DNA of 64,000 nt from Acetobacteraceae bacterium (GCA_965199555.1 CBDASJ010000029.1:12357-76356); one strand, 5' to 3'. Shown: positions 28,247 through 38,716, counted from the first letter of the stretch. The notes: generated by a model not told the origin, from the sequence alone. Numbers and translations: made by a program.

Positions 28247-28515
28247 TGCGCGGGCACTCTGCACGCGCCGCCCCGTCGGTCAAATACCCCCGGGTGCCAG
28301 GGTGGCGCCCAGCACTCGGACGTATCGGAACCCTGCGGCCTAACGTATTGGACGCCTTTCCAGGTGGCCGCTTGTATCCGCGCGGGCATCGGTCCGCCTC
28401 CGGGGGCATCGTCGCCCGTGCCGTAGGGGCGGCAGTCACGGACAACGCCCACGGCTTCCGTGGCAATCACGGGCTGATAAGAACGCGGTATGACGCTACG
28501 CATGGGAGAACCCGA

Positions 28516-30606
28516 ATGAACCAGATCGCTGCGGCGCCAGCACGCAACGCCCCGGACGAGCGGCATGACTGGCGGCGCATCCTCTACCTGACGCAATTGT
28601 CGCGCGCGCTGGACCGGATGGAGGAGGAGCGGCTCGTCCCGGAAAAGAAGGTGCTGTACCAGTTCTCGGCCCGCGGCCACGACATGGCGCAGGTCATGCT
28701 CGGCCTGCACCTGACGGACGCGCAAGATGCCGCCTGCGGCTATTACCGGTCGCGCCCGCTGCTGCTGTCGCTGGGGGTGGACGTGGCGGACGCGCTGGGC
28801 TCGGCGATGGGCCGCGCCGGCGGCTACTCGGACGGGCGCGACATCGGCGTGGTGTTTAACTACCCCAACCCGCACGGCGCCTCCGCCCTGCCCATGTGTG
28901 GCGGCGTTGGGGCGCAGTACACCCCCACTGTCGGCTGGGCGCAGGCGATCGAGTATCACCGCACGCAATTGGCCGACGCGGCCTACCAGGACGCGATCGC
29001 CGTGGTGCTCGGCGGCGACGGGTCGGTCGCGTCCAACGGCTTCTGGTCGGCGCTTGTCATCGCCACCACCCAGTCGCTGCCGATGCTGTTCTACATCGAG
29101 GACAACGGCTACGGCATTTCCGTCCCGTCCAGCTTCCAAACGCCCGGCGGCGACATCGCAGCGAACCTCGCGAGTTGGAAGAACCTCGCCATCTTCGACG
29201 GTGACGGCACCGATCCGGCGGAAGCGATCCGCTTGGTGGAACAGGCCACCACCCATGTCCGCGGCCGGCACGGCGCCGCGTTGCTGCGGCTGCGCGTGCC
29301 GCGGCTGCAAGGCCACAGCTTCCAGGACACCCAGGCCTACAAGACCGAGACCTTCGTCGCCAGCGAATGGGAGCGCGACCCGCTGCCCAAGCTGCGCAGC
29401 TTCCTGGTGCCGGCGCTGCTGGACGAGGCGGAATGGGACGAGATCGCCCGCCAGGCCGCCGATGCCGCGGAAGCGGCGCGCGAATCCGCCGAAGCGCGGC
29501 CGGTCGCCCGGCCCGAAGGCGTCACGCGCAACGTGTTCTATGAAGGGCGGCTGCAAACCCAGGGCGGCCAGGCCACCCACGGCTATCGCGCCCCGGACAG
29601 CACCGACCAGCCCAGCCCGGCCGGCCAGCGCATCAACATGGTGACCGCCATTCGCCGCACGCTGGAGCACGAGCTGGACGTCAACCCGCGCGTGGTGCTG
29701 TTCGGCGAGGATATCGGCCCCAAGGGCGGCGTGCACGCCGTGACCCTGGGATTGCAGGAACGCTTCGGCGAAGCGCGCGTGTTCGACACCAGCCTGTCGG
29801 AGGAAGGGATCGTCGGCCGCGCGGTCGGCATGGCGCTGGCCGGGCTGATGCCGGTGCCGGAAATCCAGTTCCGCAAATATGCCGAGCCCGCGACGGAGCA
29901 GATCAACGATTGCGGTTCCATGCGCTGGCGCACCAACAACCGGTTCGCCGCCCCCATGGTGCTGCGCGTGCCTGGCGGCTTCTTTAAATGCGGCGACCCA
30001 TGGCACAGCCAAACCAACGAGGTCGCCTTCGTGCACAGCCCCGGCTGGAAGGTCGCCGTGCCCTCCAACGCCCAGGACGCGGTCGGCCTGCTGCGCACGG
30101 CGTTGCGGGGCAATGACCCGGTGCTGTTTTTCGAGCACCGGGCGATGCTGGACTTCGCCTGGGCACGGCGCCCCTATCCCGGCGACGATTTCGCCCTGCC
30201 GTTCGGCCAGGCCAGCCTGCTCCGCACCGGGGGCGACGCCACGCCCTCCCTGATCACGATCGTCACCTGGGGCGCGATGGTGCCGCGATGCGAGGAAGCC
30301 GCGTCGGCCACGTCCGCCGACATCCTGGACCTGCGCACCCTGATGCCGTGGGACAAGGCGGCGGTGCTGGCCTCCGTCCGGCGCACCCGGCGCTGCCTGA
30401 TCGTGCACGAGGATTTGCGCACCGCCGGGTTCGGCGCGGAGATCGCCGCCGTGGTGGCGGACGAGGCGTTCATGGACCTGGACGCCCCGGTGTCGCGCCT
30501 CACCATGCCGGACATCCCCAGCCCGCATAACCCGGTGCTGATGGAATGGGCGCTGCCTTCCGTGGAGCGCATCCGCGATAAGATCGACGAGCTGGTGGGG
30601 TTCTGA
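28516..30606 (+). CDS. 2-oxoacid dehydrogenase E1 component, fused alpha/beta subunits (TPP-dependent)
   Basis: ATG 28516 follows GGGAGAA. The alpha part carries the TPP motif GGDGSVASNGFWSALVIATTQSLPMLFYIEDNGYGIS. The beta part has ...VFGEDIGPKGGVHAVT...FDTSLSEEGIVG.... The product is 696 aa. Confidence 0.85.
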   Translation: MNQIAAAPARNAPDERHDWRRILYLTQLSRALDRMEEERLVPEKKVLYQFSARGHDMAQVMLGLHLTDAQDAACGYYRSRPLLLSLGVDVADALGSAMGRAGGYSDGRDIGVVFNYPNPHGASALPMCGGVGAQYTPTVGWAQAIEYHRTQLADAAYQDAIAVVLGGDGSVASNGFWSALVIATTQSLPMLFYIEDNGYGISVPSSFQTPGGDIAANLASWKNLAIFDGDGTDPAEAIRLVEQATTHVRGRHGAALLRLRVPRLQGHSFQDTQAYKTETFVASEWERDPLPKLRSFLVPALLDEAEWDEIARQAADAAEAARESAEARPVARPEGVTRNVFYEGRLQTQGGQATHGYRAPDSTDQPSPAGQRINMVTAIRRTLEHELDVNPRVVLFGEDIGPKGGVHAVTLGLQERFGEARVFDTSLSEEGIVGRAVGMALAGLMPVPEIQFRKYAEPATEQINDCGSMRWRTNNRFAAPMVLRVPGGFFKCGDPWHSQTNEVAFVHSPGWKVAVPSNAQDAVGLLRTALRGNDPVLFFEHRAMLDFAWARRPYPGDDFALPFGQASLLRTGGDATPSLITIVTWGAMVPRCEEAASATSADILDLRTLMPWDKAAVLASVRRTRRCLIVHEDLRTAGFGAEIAAVVADEAFMDLDAPVSRLTMPDIPSPHNPVLMEWALPSVERIRDKIDELVGF

Positions 30607-30610
30607 CGCG

Positions 30611-31873
30611 ATGACCGACATCCTCGTCCCGTTCGAACAGGAAGGCACCAAGGCCGTCGTCCGGTCGTGGCTGAAGCAGGTCGGCGACACCGTGGCCGAG
30701 CACGACCCGCTGGTGGAGCTGGAAACCGATAAGGTCACGCAGGAGGTGCCGGCCCCGGCGGCCGGCGTGCTGACCGAAATTCTGCTCGACACGGATGCGG
30801 AAGCGTTGCCCGGCATGGTGCTGGGCCGCCTGGCGCCCGCCGCGGGCGCGCCTCCCCTGGCGGAGCCGGACACGACGCAGCCGGCCGAGGACACCGATGG
30901 CCCGGGCGAGTCGGCAAGCGGCCTGGCCTTGTCCGGCGACGTCGTGTGGGCCACCGCGCCACAAACCGCCTTGTCCCCTTCGGTGCGCCGGGCCGTCAGG
31001 CAGCACGGCATCGACCCGTCCACCATCGCCGGCACCGGCCGGGGCGGGCGGCTGACCCGGGCCGACGTGGACCGCGCGGTGGCCGAGGGCGCCACCGCCA
31101 AGCCGGTTCCACCCGCGGACCAGCCGGCCCTGCCACCCGCCGCCGAGCCACTACCGCCCGCGGCACCAGGCGGCACGCGCACGGTGCCGCACGACCGCAT
31201 GCGCCTGCTGATCGCGCAGAACATGCTGCAATCGGTCACCGTCGCACCGCACGTCACGGCCGTGTTCGAGTGCGACTTCAGCGCCATCGCCGCGCACCGG
31301 CGCGCCAACAAGGCGGCGTTCGAGCAGAACGGCGCCAACCTCACCTACACCGCCTACATGATCGCCGCCGCCGTGCAGGCGATGCGCGTGGCGCCCGTCA
31401 TCAACAGCCGCTGGTTCGAAGACCGGCTGGAGCTCTATGACGACGTGAGCGTCGGCGTCGGCACCGCGCTGGGCGACAAGGGGCTGGTGGTGCCGGTGGT
31501 CGCCGGCGCGCAGAACCTGTCCCTGCTGGGCGTCGCGGCCCGGCTGACGGACCTCACGGCGCGGGCGCGGACCGGCAAGCTGGTCCCCGCCGACATGCGC
31601 GGCGGCACGTTCACCATCTCCAATCACGGCGTGTCCGGCTCGCTGCTGGCGACGCCCATCATCATCAACCAGCCGCAATCCGCCATCCTGGGCGTGGGCA
31701 AGCTGGAAAAGCGCGTGGTGGTGCGGGAGGTGGACGGCGTCGACACGATCCAGATCCGGCCGATGTGCTACGTCTCGCTGACCATCGACCACCGGGTGGT
31801 GGACGGCCACGGCACCAATGCCTGGCTGTCCCGCTTCGTGGAAGTCGTGGAAGGGTGGCCTGCCCGAGAATAG
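30611..31873 (+). CDS. Dihydrolipoamide acyltransferase (E2) component
   Basis: Lipoyl domain LVELETDKVTQEVPAPAAGVL, Ala/Pro linkers, E3-binding-like SPSVRRAVRQHGIDPSTIAGTGRGGRLTRADV and catalytic LTIDHRVVDG. Confidence 0.9.
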   Translation: MTDILVPFEQEGTKAVVRSWLKQVGDTVAEHDPLVELETDKVTQEVPAPAAGVLTEILLDTDAEALPGMVLGRLAPAAGAPPLAEPDTTQPAEDTDGPGESASGLALSGDVVWATAPQTALSPSVRRAVRQHGIDPSTIAGTGRGGRLTRADVDRAVAEGATAKPVPPADQPALPPAAEPLPPAAPGGTRTVPHDRMRLLIAQNMLQSVTVAPHVTAVFECDFSAIAAHRRANKAAFEQNGANLTYTAYMIAAAVQAMRVAPVINSRWFEDRLELYDDVSVGVGTALGDKGLVVPVVAGAQNLSLLGVAARLTDLTARARTGKLVPADMRGGTFTISNHGVSGSLLATPIIINQPQSAILGVGKLEKRVVVREVDGVDTIQIRPMCYVSLTIDHRVVDGHGTNAWLSRFVEVVEGWPARE

Positions 31874-32016
31874 GGCGCCGGGCCAGTCGGCCACGCCGCC
31901 GCCCGTGCAGCTCAGCCGTCTGGTCCGTCCAGTTAAGCTATTTGGGCTGCCATGATTTGTGTTCCCCACCCGGATGGTGGCAGGGTGGCCCCAACGCAAG
32001 AACGGAGGGGGAAGCC

Positions 32017-33744
32017 ATGCACCAGGACGTTTATGACTTCGTGATCGTGGGCGGGGGTACGGCGGGGTGCGTGTTGGCGGGCCGCTTGTCCGCCGACCCC
32101 GACAACCGCGTGCTCTTGCTTGAAGCGGGCGACGACATGCCGCCGGGGCGCGAGCCGCGCTCGATCCGGGACCCGTTCCCGTCCTCCTATGGCGATCCGC
32201 GGTTTGCTTGGAAGCACCTGCTGGCGGAGGTCGGCACCGATCGGGGCGACGGCGCGCCGGTGCTGACGCGGCAGTTCACCCAGGGCCGCCTCATGGGCGG
32301 CAGTTCCAGCATCATGGGCATGATGGCGCAGCGCGGGCTGCCATCCGACTTCGACGAATGGCAACGGCTGGGTGCGGACGGATGGAGCTGGGCCGACGTC
32401 CTGCCGTTCTTCAACCGACTGGAAAACGACTGGGATTTCGACGGGCCGCTGCATGGCAAGTCCGGACCGATCCCGATCCGGCGCTACAAGCGGGAGGTGT
32501 GGCCGCCTTTCGTGCGCGCGGTCGCGGCGGCGATGGAGGAGGAGGGATTCCAGTTCAACCCCGACTTCAACGGGTTCTTCGGCGATTGCGTGACCACCGT
32601 GCCGATGAACAACACGCCGACGCAACGCGTGTCCGCCGCAATGGGCTATTTGGACGAGGCGGCGCGGCGCCGGCCCAACCTGACGATCCGCGCCAACGCC
32701 AGCGCCGAACGGCTGGTGCTCGACGGCAAGCGCGCCACCGGCGTCGTGGTCCAGACACCCGGCGGCACGGAAACGGTGTTCGGCCGGGAAATCCTGGTGT
32801 GCGCCGGCGCCATCCACTCGCCGGCGCTGCTGATGCGCTCCGGCATCGGGCCGGCCGACGCTCTGCGTCGGGTCGGCGTCGAACCGGTGGTGGACCGCGG
32901 TGGCGTCGGGCAGAACCTGTTCAACCACGCCATCGCCCACATCGCGATCCACCTGCCCCGCTCGTCCAAGCAGGACCGCACGCTCACCTCCTGGGCGTTC
33001 GCCATGCTGCGCTACTCGTCCGGCCATCCGGGATGCCCGGCCGGGGACATGCAGGTGTTCCCCACCAACCGCACGTCCTGGCACCCGCTCGGCCGGCGCA
33101 TCGGCGCGCTGGGAGTCTGCTTGTACAAGCCGTTTTCCACCGGCACCGTCGCGCTCAAGAGCACCGACCCGGCGGTGGAGCCGGAGGTGAAGTTCCGCCT
33201 GCTGTCGGACCCCCGCGACTTCGACCGCATGGTGGACGGGCTGGGCATGGCGGCTGGCCTGCTGCGCAGCCGTCACGTGCGGGCGGTCGCCAACGAGGCG
33301 TTCCTGCCCAGCGGCGGGCAGGCCAACAAGCTGAACCGGCCGAGCCGGTTCAACTGGCTGAAGAGCGCGGTCATCAGCACGCTGTTTGACTTGCCGTTCG
33401 GGCTGCGCCGCACCCTGCTGGCCCGCAGCGTGATCGACCTGGAGCGGCTGGCGACGGACCGCGCCGCCTGCGAGGAGGTGATCCACCGCGTCGGCGCCGG
33501 CGTGCACCACGTGTCCGGAACCTGCCGCATCGGCCGCTCCGACGACCCGGCCGCCGTAGTCGATCCGTCCTGCCGGGTGCATGGCGTGGCCGGGCTGCGG
33601 GTGGTCGACGCGTCCGTCATGCCAACCGTGGTGAGCGCCAACACGCATTTGGCCGTGCTGATGATCGGGGAGAAGGTCGCCCAAACCATCCTGGACGAAC
33701 GGGCGACGAGCGGCCAACGGCCGCAGATGGGGGTAGCCGCATGA
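32017..33744 (+). CDS. GMC family FAD-dependent oxidoreductase (choline-dehydrogenase-like)
   Basis: ATG 32017 follows GGAGGGGGA. YDFVIVGGGTAGCVLAGRLSADP...VLLLEAG is present, together with the GMC signature near the C-terminus ...HVSGTCRIG.... Confidence 0.85.
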   Translation: MHQDVYDFVIVGGGTAGCVLAGRLSADPDNRVLLLEAGDDMPPGREPRSIRDPFPSSYGDPRFAWKHLLAEVGTDRGDGAPVLTRQFTQGRLMGGSSSIMGMMAQRGLPSDFDEWQRLGADGWSWADVLPFFNRLENDWDFDGPLHGKSGPIPIRRYKREVWPPFVRAVAAAMEEEGFQFNPDFNGFFGDCVTTVPMNNTPTQRVSAAMGYLDEAARRRPNLTIRANASAERLVLDGKRATGVVVQTPGGTETVFGREILVCAGAIHSPALLMRSGIGPADALRRVGVEPVVDRGGVGQNLFNHAIAHIAIHLPRSSKQDRTLTSWAFAMLRYSSGHPGCPAGDMQVFPTNRTSWHPLGRRIGALGVCLYKPFSTGTVALKSTDPAVEPEVKFRLLSDPRDFDRMVDGLGMAAGLLRSRHVRAVANEAFLPSGGQANKLNRPSRFNWLKSAVISTLFDLPFGLRRTLLARSVIDLERLATDRAACEEVIHRVGAGVHHVSGTCRIGRSDDPAAVVDPSCRVHGVAGLRVVDASVMPTVVSANTHLAVLMIGEKVAQTILDERATSGQRPQMGVAA

Positions 33745-34607
33745 AGATCGCCCGGTTCTCCCACGCGGGCCACCCGCCCCGGCTCGGGGTCGTGGAAGGC
33801 GACAGCGTGGTGGACGTGCTCGACGCCTGCCCCGGCCTGCCGGCGGACCTGCGGGCCTGGTTGCCAGGGGGCACACGCTCCTGGGCGTTCCTCGCCTCGC
33901 TGCTGCCGGACGCGCCCCGCATCCCGCTTGCGGAGGTCGTGCTCCACCCGCCGGTGACCCCGGGCAAGCTGATGGGGCTCGGCGCGAACTACCAGGCGCA
34001 CCTGGACGAGGTGGCGCATCTCGGGCTGCGGCCCATGCCGCACCAGATCTGGTTCAACAAGCAGGTCAGCTCGCTCAACGATCCGTTCGCCGACATCCTG
34101 ATCCCGGCCGCCTCGGACCAGGTCGACTACGAAGGGGAGTTGGCGGTGGTGATCGGCCGCCGCGCGCGCAGGGTGTCCGCCGCCGACGCCTTGTCTGTGG
34201 TGGCCGGCTACACCGTTTGCAACGACGTCAGCGTCCGCGACGTGCAGATGCGCACGCCGACCCACACGCTGGGCAAGTCGTTCGACACGCATGGCCCGCT
34301 CGGCCCCTGGATGGTCACCGCCGACGAGATCCCCAACCCGCAGGACCTCATGATCCGCACCTGGGTCAATGACGAGCTGCGGCAGGAAGCCAGCACCGCC
34401 ACCATGATCCACTCGGTTGCCGCGCAGATCGCCGAGCTGAGCGCGACCTTGACGCTGGAGCCGGGCGACGTGCTCGCCACCGGAACCCCGGCGGGCTGCG
34501 CCATCGGCATGCAGCCACCCCGCTACCTGGTCGATGGCGACGTGGTGCGGATCGAGGTCGAACGGATCGGCACCATCCGCGGGCGCATGGTCCGCAGCTC
34601 CGGCTGA
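33741..34607 (+). CDS. Fumarylacetoacetate hydrolase (FAH) family protein
   Basis: The ATG overlaps the upstream TGA (ATGA). ...DYEGELAVVIGRRA...VAGYTVCNDVSVRD...GDVLATGTPAGCA is the typical FAH C-domain. Confidence 0.85.
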   Translation: MKIARFSHAGHPPRLGVVEGDSVVDVLDACPGLPADLRAWLPGGTRSWAFLASLLPDAPRIPLAEVVLHPPVTPGKLMGLGANYQAHLDEVAHLGLRPMPHQIWFNKQVSSLNDPFADILIPAASDQVDYEGELAVVIGRRARRVSAADALSVVAGYTVCNDVSVRDVQMRTPTHTLGKSFDTHGPLGPWMVTADEIPNPQDLMIRTWVNDELRQEASTATMIHSVAAQIAELSATLTLEPGDVLATGTPAGCAIGMQPPRYLVDGDVVRIEVERIGTIRGRMVRSSG

Positions 34608-34614
34608 GGCCGCC

Positions 34615-35451
34615 ATGCGGATCGCCCACTTCTCCGTCGATGGCCGAACCGCCTGGGGCGTGGAACACGGCACGGAACTGATCGAGGTGCCGACACCCAA
34701 CGGCCTCGCCGGATTGCTGGAAATGCCGGCGGACCGGCTGGCGGCGGCAGCCGGCCTGCGTCACGCCCGGGACCAGGTCGCGCTGCTGTGTCCCGCGGCC
34801 GGCGCCGGCAAGATCCTTGGCATCGGCATGAACTACCATGACGCCGTCGCGGAAGCGCAGGCCGCCGGCGTCGTGCTGCCGGCGGACACCATCTGGTTCG
34901 GCCGCCCGGCCGGCGCGCTGTGCGGCCCGTCGGACCCGGTGTGGTTCCCACGGGGATGCGACGACCTGGATTACGAAGGCGAGCTGGTGATCGTTATCGG
35001 CAAACGGTGCCACGGCCTGACCGCCGAACAGGCCCGAAACGCCATCGGCGGCTACGCCGTCGGCAACGACGTGACGATGCGCCGGCGGGCGTTCCGATCC
35101 CCGGTGCTCGGCAAATACTACGACAACCAGGCGCCGGTCGGCCCGGTGGTCGTCACCGCCGACGAGATCGCCGACCCGCAGGCGCTCGGCGTCCGTACCT
35201 GGCTGAACGGCGAGCTGCGTCAATCCGGCAACACCGCCGGCATGCTGATGGATTGCGCCGCGATCGTCGCCGCGTTGAGCCAGGTCATGATCCTGGACCC
35301 GGGCGACATCATCTTCACCGGCACCCCGGCCGGCATCGGCGGATTGGCCGCCCCACCCCGCTTCCTGCGGCCCGGCGACGTGGTGCGCGTGGAGGTGGAC
35401 GGCATCGGCAGCATCGAGAACCAGGTGGTCGCCACGCCCTCCGTCGGCTGA
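34615..35451 (+). CDS. Fumarylacetoacetate hydrolase (FAH) family protein (second copy)
   Basis: ATG 34615. ...DYEGELVIVIGKRC...IGGYAVGNDVTMR...GDIIFTGTPAGIG. Confidence 0.85.
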   Translation: MRIAHFSVDGRTAWGVEHGTELIEVPTPNGLAGLLEMPADRLAAAAGLRHARDQVALLCPAAGAGKILGIGMNYHDAVAEAQAAGVVLPADTIWFGRPAGALCGPSDPVWFPRGCDDLDYEGELVIVIGKRCHGLTAEQARNAIGGYAVGNDVTMRRRAFRSPVLGKYYDNQAPVGPVVVTADEIADPQALGVRTWLNGELRQSGNTAGMLMDCAAIVAALSQVMILDPGDIIFTGTPAGIGGLAAPPRFLRPGDVVRVEVDGIGSIENQVVATPSVG

Positions 35452-35460
35452 GCCGCCGCG

Positions 35461-36381
35461 TCATGCCGCGGGCGTGACGCCTCCCGGCAGGACTGCCTGG
35501 CGGAACACCTCCACCAGCGGGGAAGCGTCCCCCCGCCGGGACAGCCAATGCAGCCCGATGCGGCACGCCTCGTCGGCCAACGGCCGGTAGATGACGCCCG
35601 AGCGCTTGATGCGGGCCATGACCCCCGGGATGACCGCCACGCCAGCGCCGCTGGACACGAGGCCGATCACCGCCGCCAGGTCCGGCACCTCGATCGCGAT
35701 GTCCGGCACGAAACCGGCCGCCCGGCAGAACCGCATCACGGTGCGGAAGATCGCGGAGCCGTTGTCCTGCGTCACCATGATGAACGGCTCGGCCGCCAGG
35801 GACGCCAAGGGCAGCGCCCCGGCCTGGCGCCCCGCCGCATGCCCGCGTGGCAAGGCCGCCACCATGGCTTCCGTCCGGACCAGTTCGCAATCGAGGGACG
35901 CACCCGGGCGCGGGTCCGGCGCCCAAGCGAACCCGACATCGAGCTGTCCGGCTTCCAGCGCCGCGAACTGCGCCGCGGAAGACATGGGGCGCAGCGCCCA
36001 CGTCACGCGCGGCCGCTCCGTGCGCACCCGCTGCACGGCTTCCAGCACCACGTCCATGTGCACGGCGGATTCGGTGTAGCCGATCCGCAGCTCCCCCGTG
36101 GTGCCGCCGGCGGCGTTCGCCAGCGCCGCCTTGATGCCGGCCAGCTCGTTCAACAGCCGCCGGGCATGCCCGACCAGCTCCCGCCCGGCCGCCGTCAGCA
36201 GCACGCGCTGCTTGTTGCGTTCGAACAGCCGCACTTCCAGCAGCGCTTCCAACTGCTGGATCTGCGTGGTCAACGGCGGCTGGCTAATGTGCAGGCGGGC
36301 CGCGGCGCCGCGAAAGCTCAGCTCCTCCGCCACGGCCACGAAGTAGCGGAGGTGGCGCAACTCCAGCCGCCGCAGGAGCAT
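35461..36381 (-). CDS. LysR family transcriptional regulator
   Basis: MLLRRLELRHLRYFVAVAEELSFRGAAARLHISQPPLTTQIQQLE is a typical LysR HTH. An alternative start is at 36417. Confidence 0.85.
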   Translation of the reverse strand: MLLRRLELRHLRYFVAVAEELSFRGAAARLHISQPPLTTQIQQLEALLEVRLFERNKQRVLLTAAGRELVGHARRLLNELAGIKAALANAAGGTTGELRIGYTESAVHMDVVLEAVQRVRTERPRVTWALRPMSSAAQFAALEAGQLDVGFAWAPDPRPGASLDCELVRTEAMVAALPRGHAAGRQAGALPLASLAAEPFIMVTQDNGSAIFRTVMRFCRAAGFVPDIAIEVPDLAAVIGLVSSGAGVAVIPGVMARIKRSGVIYRPLADEACRIGLHWLSRRGDASPLVEVFRQAVLPGGVTPAA

Positions 36382-36513
36382 GTCCCCTTCCGTGCTGCTG
36401 GCGGCTCCGGCGGTCATGGCGCTTCCTAGTCCACGGAGAAAAACGGTCGCTCCCCAGGATAAGGCATCTCGACCCTCAAGATCGACCAGCACCGCGCATC
36501 TGAACGCCCGCGC

Positions 36514-37827
36514 CTACGCCGCGGGAACACCCCCGGGCACCAGCGGGCGGTCCAAGCCGTCCGCCATCCGGTGCGCGTCCCGCCTTATGGTGCGGATCGC
36601 CAACCCGTACAGCACCGCCGCGGGCAGGGTGCAGCTGATCGGCAGCAGGATGGCGTAGCGGATCGCCAGCACGCCGTAGCGGGGGGTGAGGTAGTCCGAC
36701 ATCATGCCGATCATCAGCGCGCCCAGCCCCAACCCGCCGATCGTGCCGAGCAGGTTGTGGATGGAGGTCGCGAAGGACAGCATCTGCGGCCGTGCCACGG
36801 CCTGGTAGACCGCGTAGATCGGCCCCAGCAGCGACATCAGCAGGAAGGAGCCGATTCCCAGGCAAACCAACGCGACCGTGCGGGAGTCCGTCATCGGCAT
36901 CGCGATCAGGAACGGCGCCGAGGTCAGGCAGGCCATCGCCGGCTCCCCGGCTTTCCAGCGGTCGTCGCCCCGGCCAAGCCGCGTGACCAGCATCCCGCCA
37001 GCCACCGTGCCGGCGGCGCCGCACAAACCCAGCATGGTGCCGACGAACACGCCCACCTGCGACGGCGGCATGCCGTAGACGCGGGCGAACAGCGACGGCG
37101 TCCACACGAACAGCCCGTTCAAGGCGAAGCCGCTGAAGAAGCTGCCGGTGATGCCGAGCACGTAGGACGGCTGGGAGAACAAAAACCGCAGCGTCTGCCA
37201 AACCGGCTCCGCGGTGCGCGGCCCGGTGGCACCGCCCACGCGCGGCAGCGGCCCGGCCGTGGCCAGCAGCCCCGCCACGATCAAGCCCGGCACCCCGGCA
37301 AGGAACAGCGCCCCCCGCCAGCCGAACCAGTTGTTCGCCAGGCCGCCGACCATGATGCCGAAGAACACGCCCAGCGGCACGCCCAGGTTCAGGATGCTCA
37401 GCGCCCGTGGCCGCTCGTCCTTAGTAAACAGGTCCGACATCATGGCGATGGAAGGGGCCGTGCCCGCCGCCTCGCCGATGCCGACGCCGGTCCGCGCCAA
37501 GGCGAGTTGCACGCCGGATTGCGCCACCCCGCCAAGCGCGGTCGCGACGCTCCACAACGCGATCCCGAACGCGACCACGCCGCGGCGGCCGCGCAAATCG
37601 GCCAACCGGCCGAGCGGCACCCCGAGAATGGCATAAAGCAGCACGAAGCCCAGCCCGGCGATGAAGCCTAGGGCCGTGTCGGAAAGCTGCATCTCCTTCT
37701 TGATCGATTCCAGCAGCACGTTGACGATGGAACGATCAAAGAAGTTCAGCACGAACGCGATCGTCAGCAGGACCAGGAAATAGTTCCGGCTGCGCTTGGC
37801 GGTTGCCAGGCCCTCGTGCTCGAGCAT
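36514..37827 (-). CDS. MFS transporter
   Basis: About 12 TM segments with MFS motif A-like GRLADLRGRRGV. Start ATG 37827 (MLEHEG...); the ORF extends to 37917. Confidence 0.8.
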   Translation of the reverse strand: MLEHEGLATAKRSRNYFLVLLTIAFVLNFFDRSIVNVLLESIKKEMQLSDTALGFIAGLGFVLLYAILGVPLGRLADLRGRRGVVAFGIALWSVATALGGVAQSGVQLALARTGVGIGEAAGTAPSIAMMSDLFTKDERPRALSILNLGVPLGVFFGIMVGGLANNWFGWRGALFLAGVPGLIVAGLLATAGPLPRVGGATGPRTAEPVWQTLRFLFSQPSYVLGITGSFFSGFALNGLFVWTPSLFARVYGMPPSQVGVFVGTMLGLCGAAGTVAGGMLVTRLGRGDDRWKAGEPAMACLTSAPFLIAMPMTDSRTVALVCLGIGSFLLMSLLGPIYAVYQAVARPQMLSFATSIHNLLGTIGGLGLGALMIGMMSDYLTPRYGVLAIRYAILLPISCTLPAAVLYGLAIRTIRRDAHRMADGLDRPLVPGGVPAA

Positions 37828-37967
37828 GGACGCGTCTCCCTTCGACACAGGATTGCGGCGCAACGGCCGGTTCGTGCTGATTTCCTCCAGCGTCGCCTTC
37901 ACCAAACCGGATGTCAAGCCAGTTGTGGCGTCTGGTCTGTCCAGTGTTGTTACTGGCGCGGGAACGC

Positions 37968-38657
37968 TCAGGCCTGTTCGCGGTAGGTCCGGGCAACGAA
38001 GGTCAGGTGCTCGGACATGGCGGCGTCGGCCTGTTCCGGGCTACGGGCCTGCACGGCGGTGAAGATCGCCTCGTGGTGACCATACGCACGCCGGACCGCG
38101 CCGCGTGCCCGCATGCCGATCCGGCGCTGGTCCGCCAGCCAATCCGAAAAGGCGTTGCCCAGCGCGACGAAGATGTTGTTCTGCGGAATCTCGGCAAGGA
38201 CCGCATGAAACGACAGATCGGTCGCCACGAACTGCTCCAGATCGCCGATCGCCCGCCGGTTGGCGAGCAGCGAATCGCCCAGCCGCTCGATCTCCTTGGG
38301 CGAGGCGTGGCGGGCGGCGTATCGGACCAGCCCGCATTCGAACAGGATGCGCGCTTCCTGGACGTTGGACATGCCGCCCGGTGTGGCAACCAGCGCGTGG
38401 GCCATGACCGCCAGCGGCGCCAGCATCGTCTGCGTGTCGAGCTTGCGAACCCGCGCCCGCGCGCGCTCCCGCATCTCGATAAGGCCGGACGAGCGCAGCG
38501 ACGACAGCGCCTCCCGCACGGACATGCGGCTGGCGCTGTAACGCTCCACGAGATCCCGTTCCGACGGCAGCAACGCGCCCTCGGGAAGCTGCCCCGACCT
38601 GATCTCGTCCGAAAGGCTGTCGGCGATACGCTGGGACACCCGGGGCTGCCGGACCAT
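37968..38657 (-). CDS. GntR family (FadR/FCD subfamily) transcriptional regulator
   Basis: N-terminal wHTH ...LPSERDLVERYSASRMSVREALSSLRSSGLIEMR plus an all-helical FCD-like C-domain. Confidence 0.85.
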   Translation of the reverse strand: MVRQPRVSQRIADSLSDEIRSGQLPEGALLPSERDLVERYSASRMSVREALSSLRSSGLIEMRERARARVRKLDTQTMLAPLAVMAHALVATPGGMSNVQEARILFECGLVRYAARHASPKEIERLGDSLLANRRAIGDLEQFVATDLSFHAVLAEIPQNNIFVALGNAFSDWLADQRRIGMRARGAVRRAYGHHEAIFTAVQARSPEQADAAMSEHLTFVARTYREQA

Positions 38658-38716
38658 GCTGACCGACCTTGGAAATGAAGGCGCGGTTTATGCCCCAGCC
38701 AAACTGGTCCGTCCAG

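Noticed and set aside
28243-31344. 1033-aa ORF on the - strand, the longest in the track
   Set aside because: It is entirely antisense to the well-supported E1 alpha/beta and E2 genes. Its product is Arg/Ala/Gly/Pro-rich with no motif. Stop-free antisense frames are expected at this GC content. The same applies to 2373..3821, 6266..7471, 31933..33876, 40963..42483, 48473..50026 and similar ORFs.
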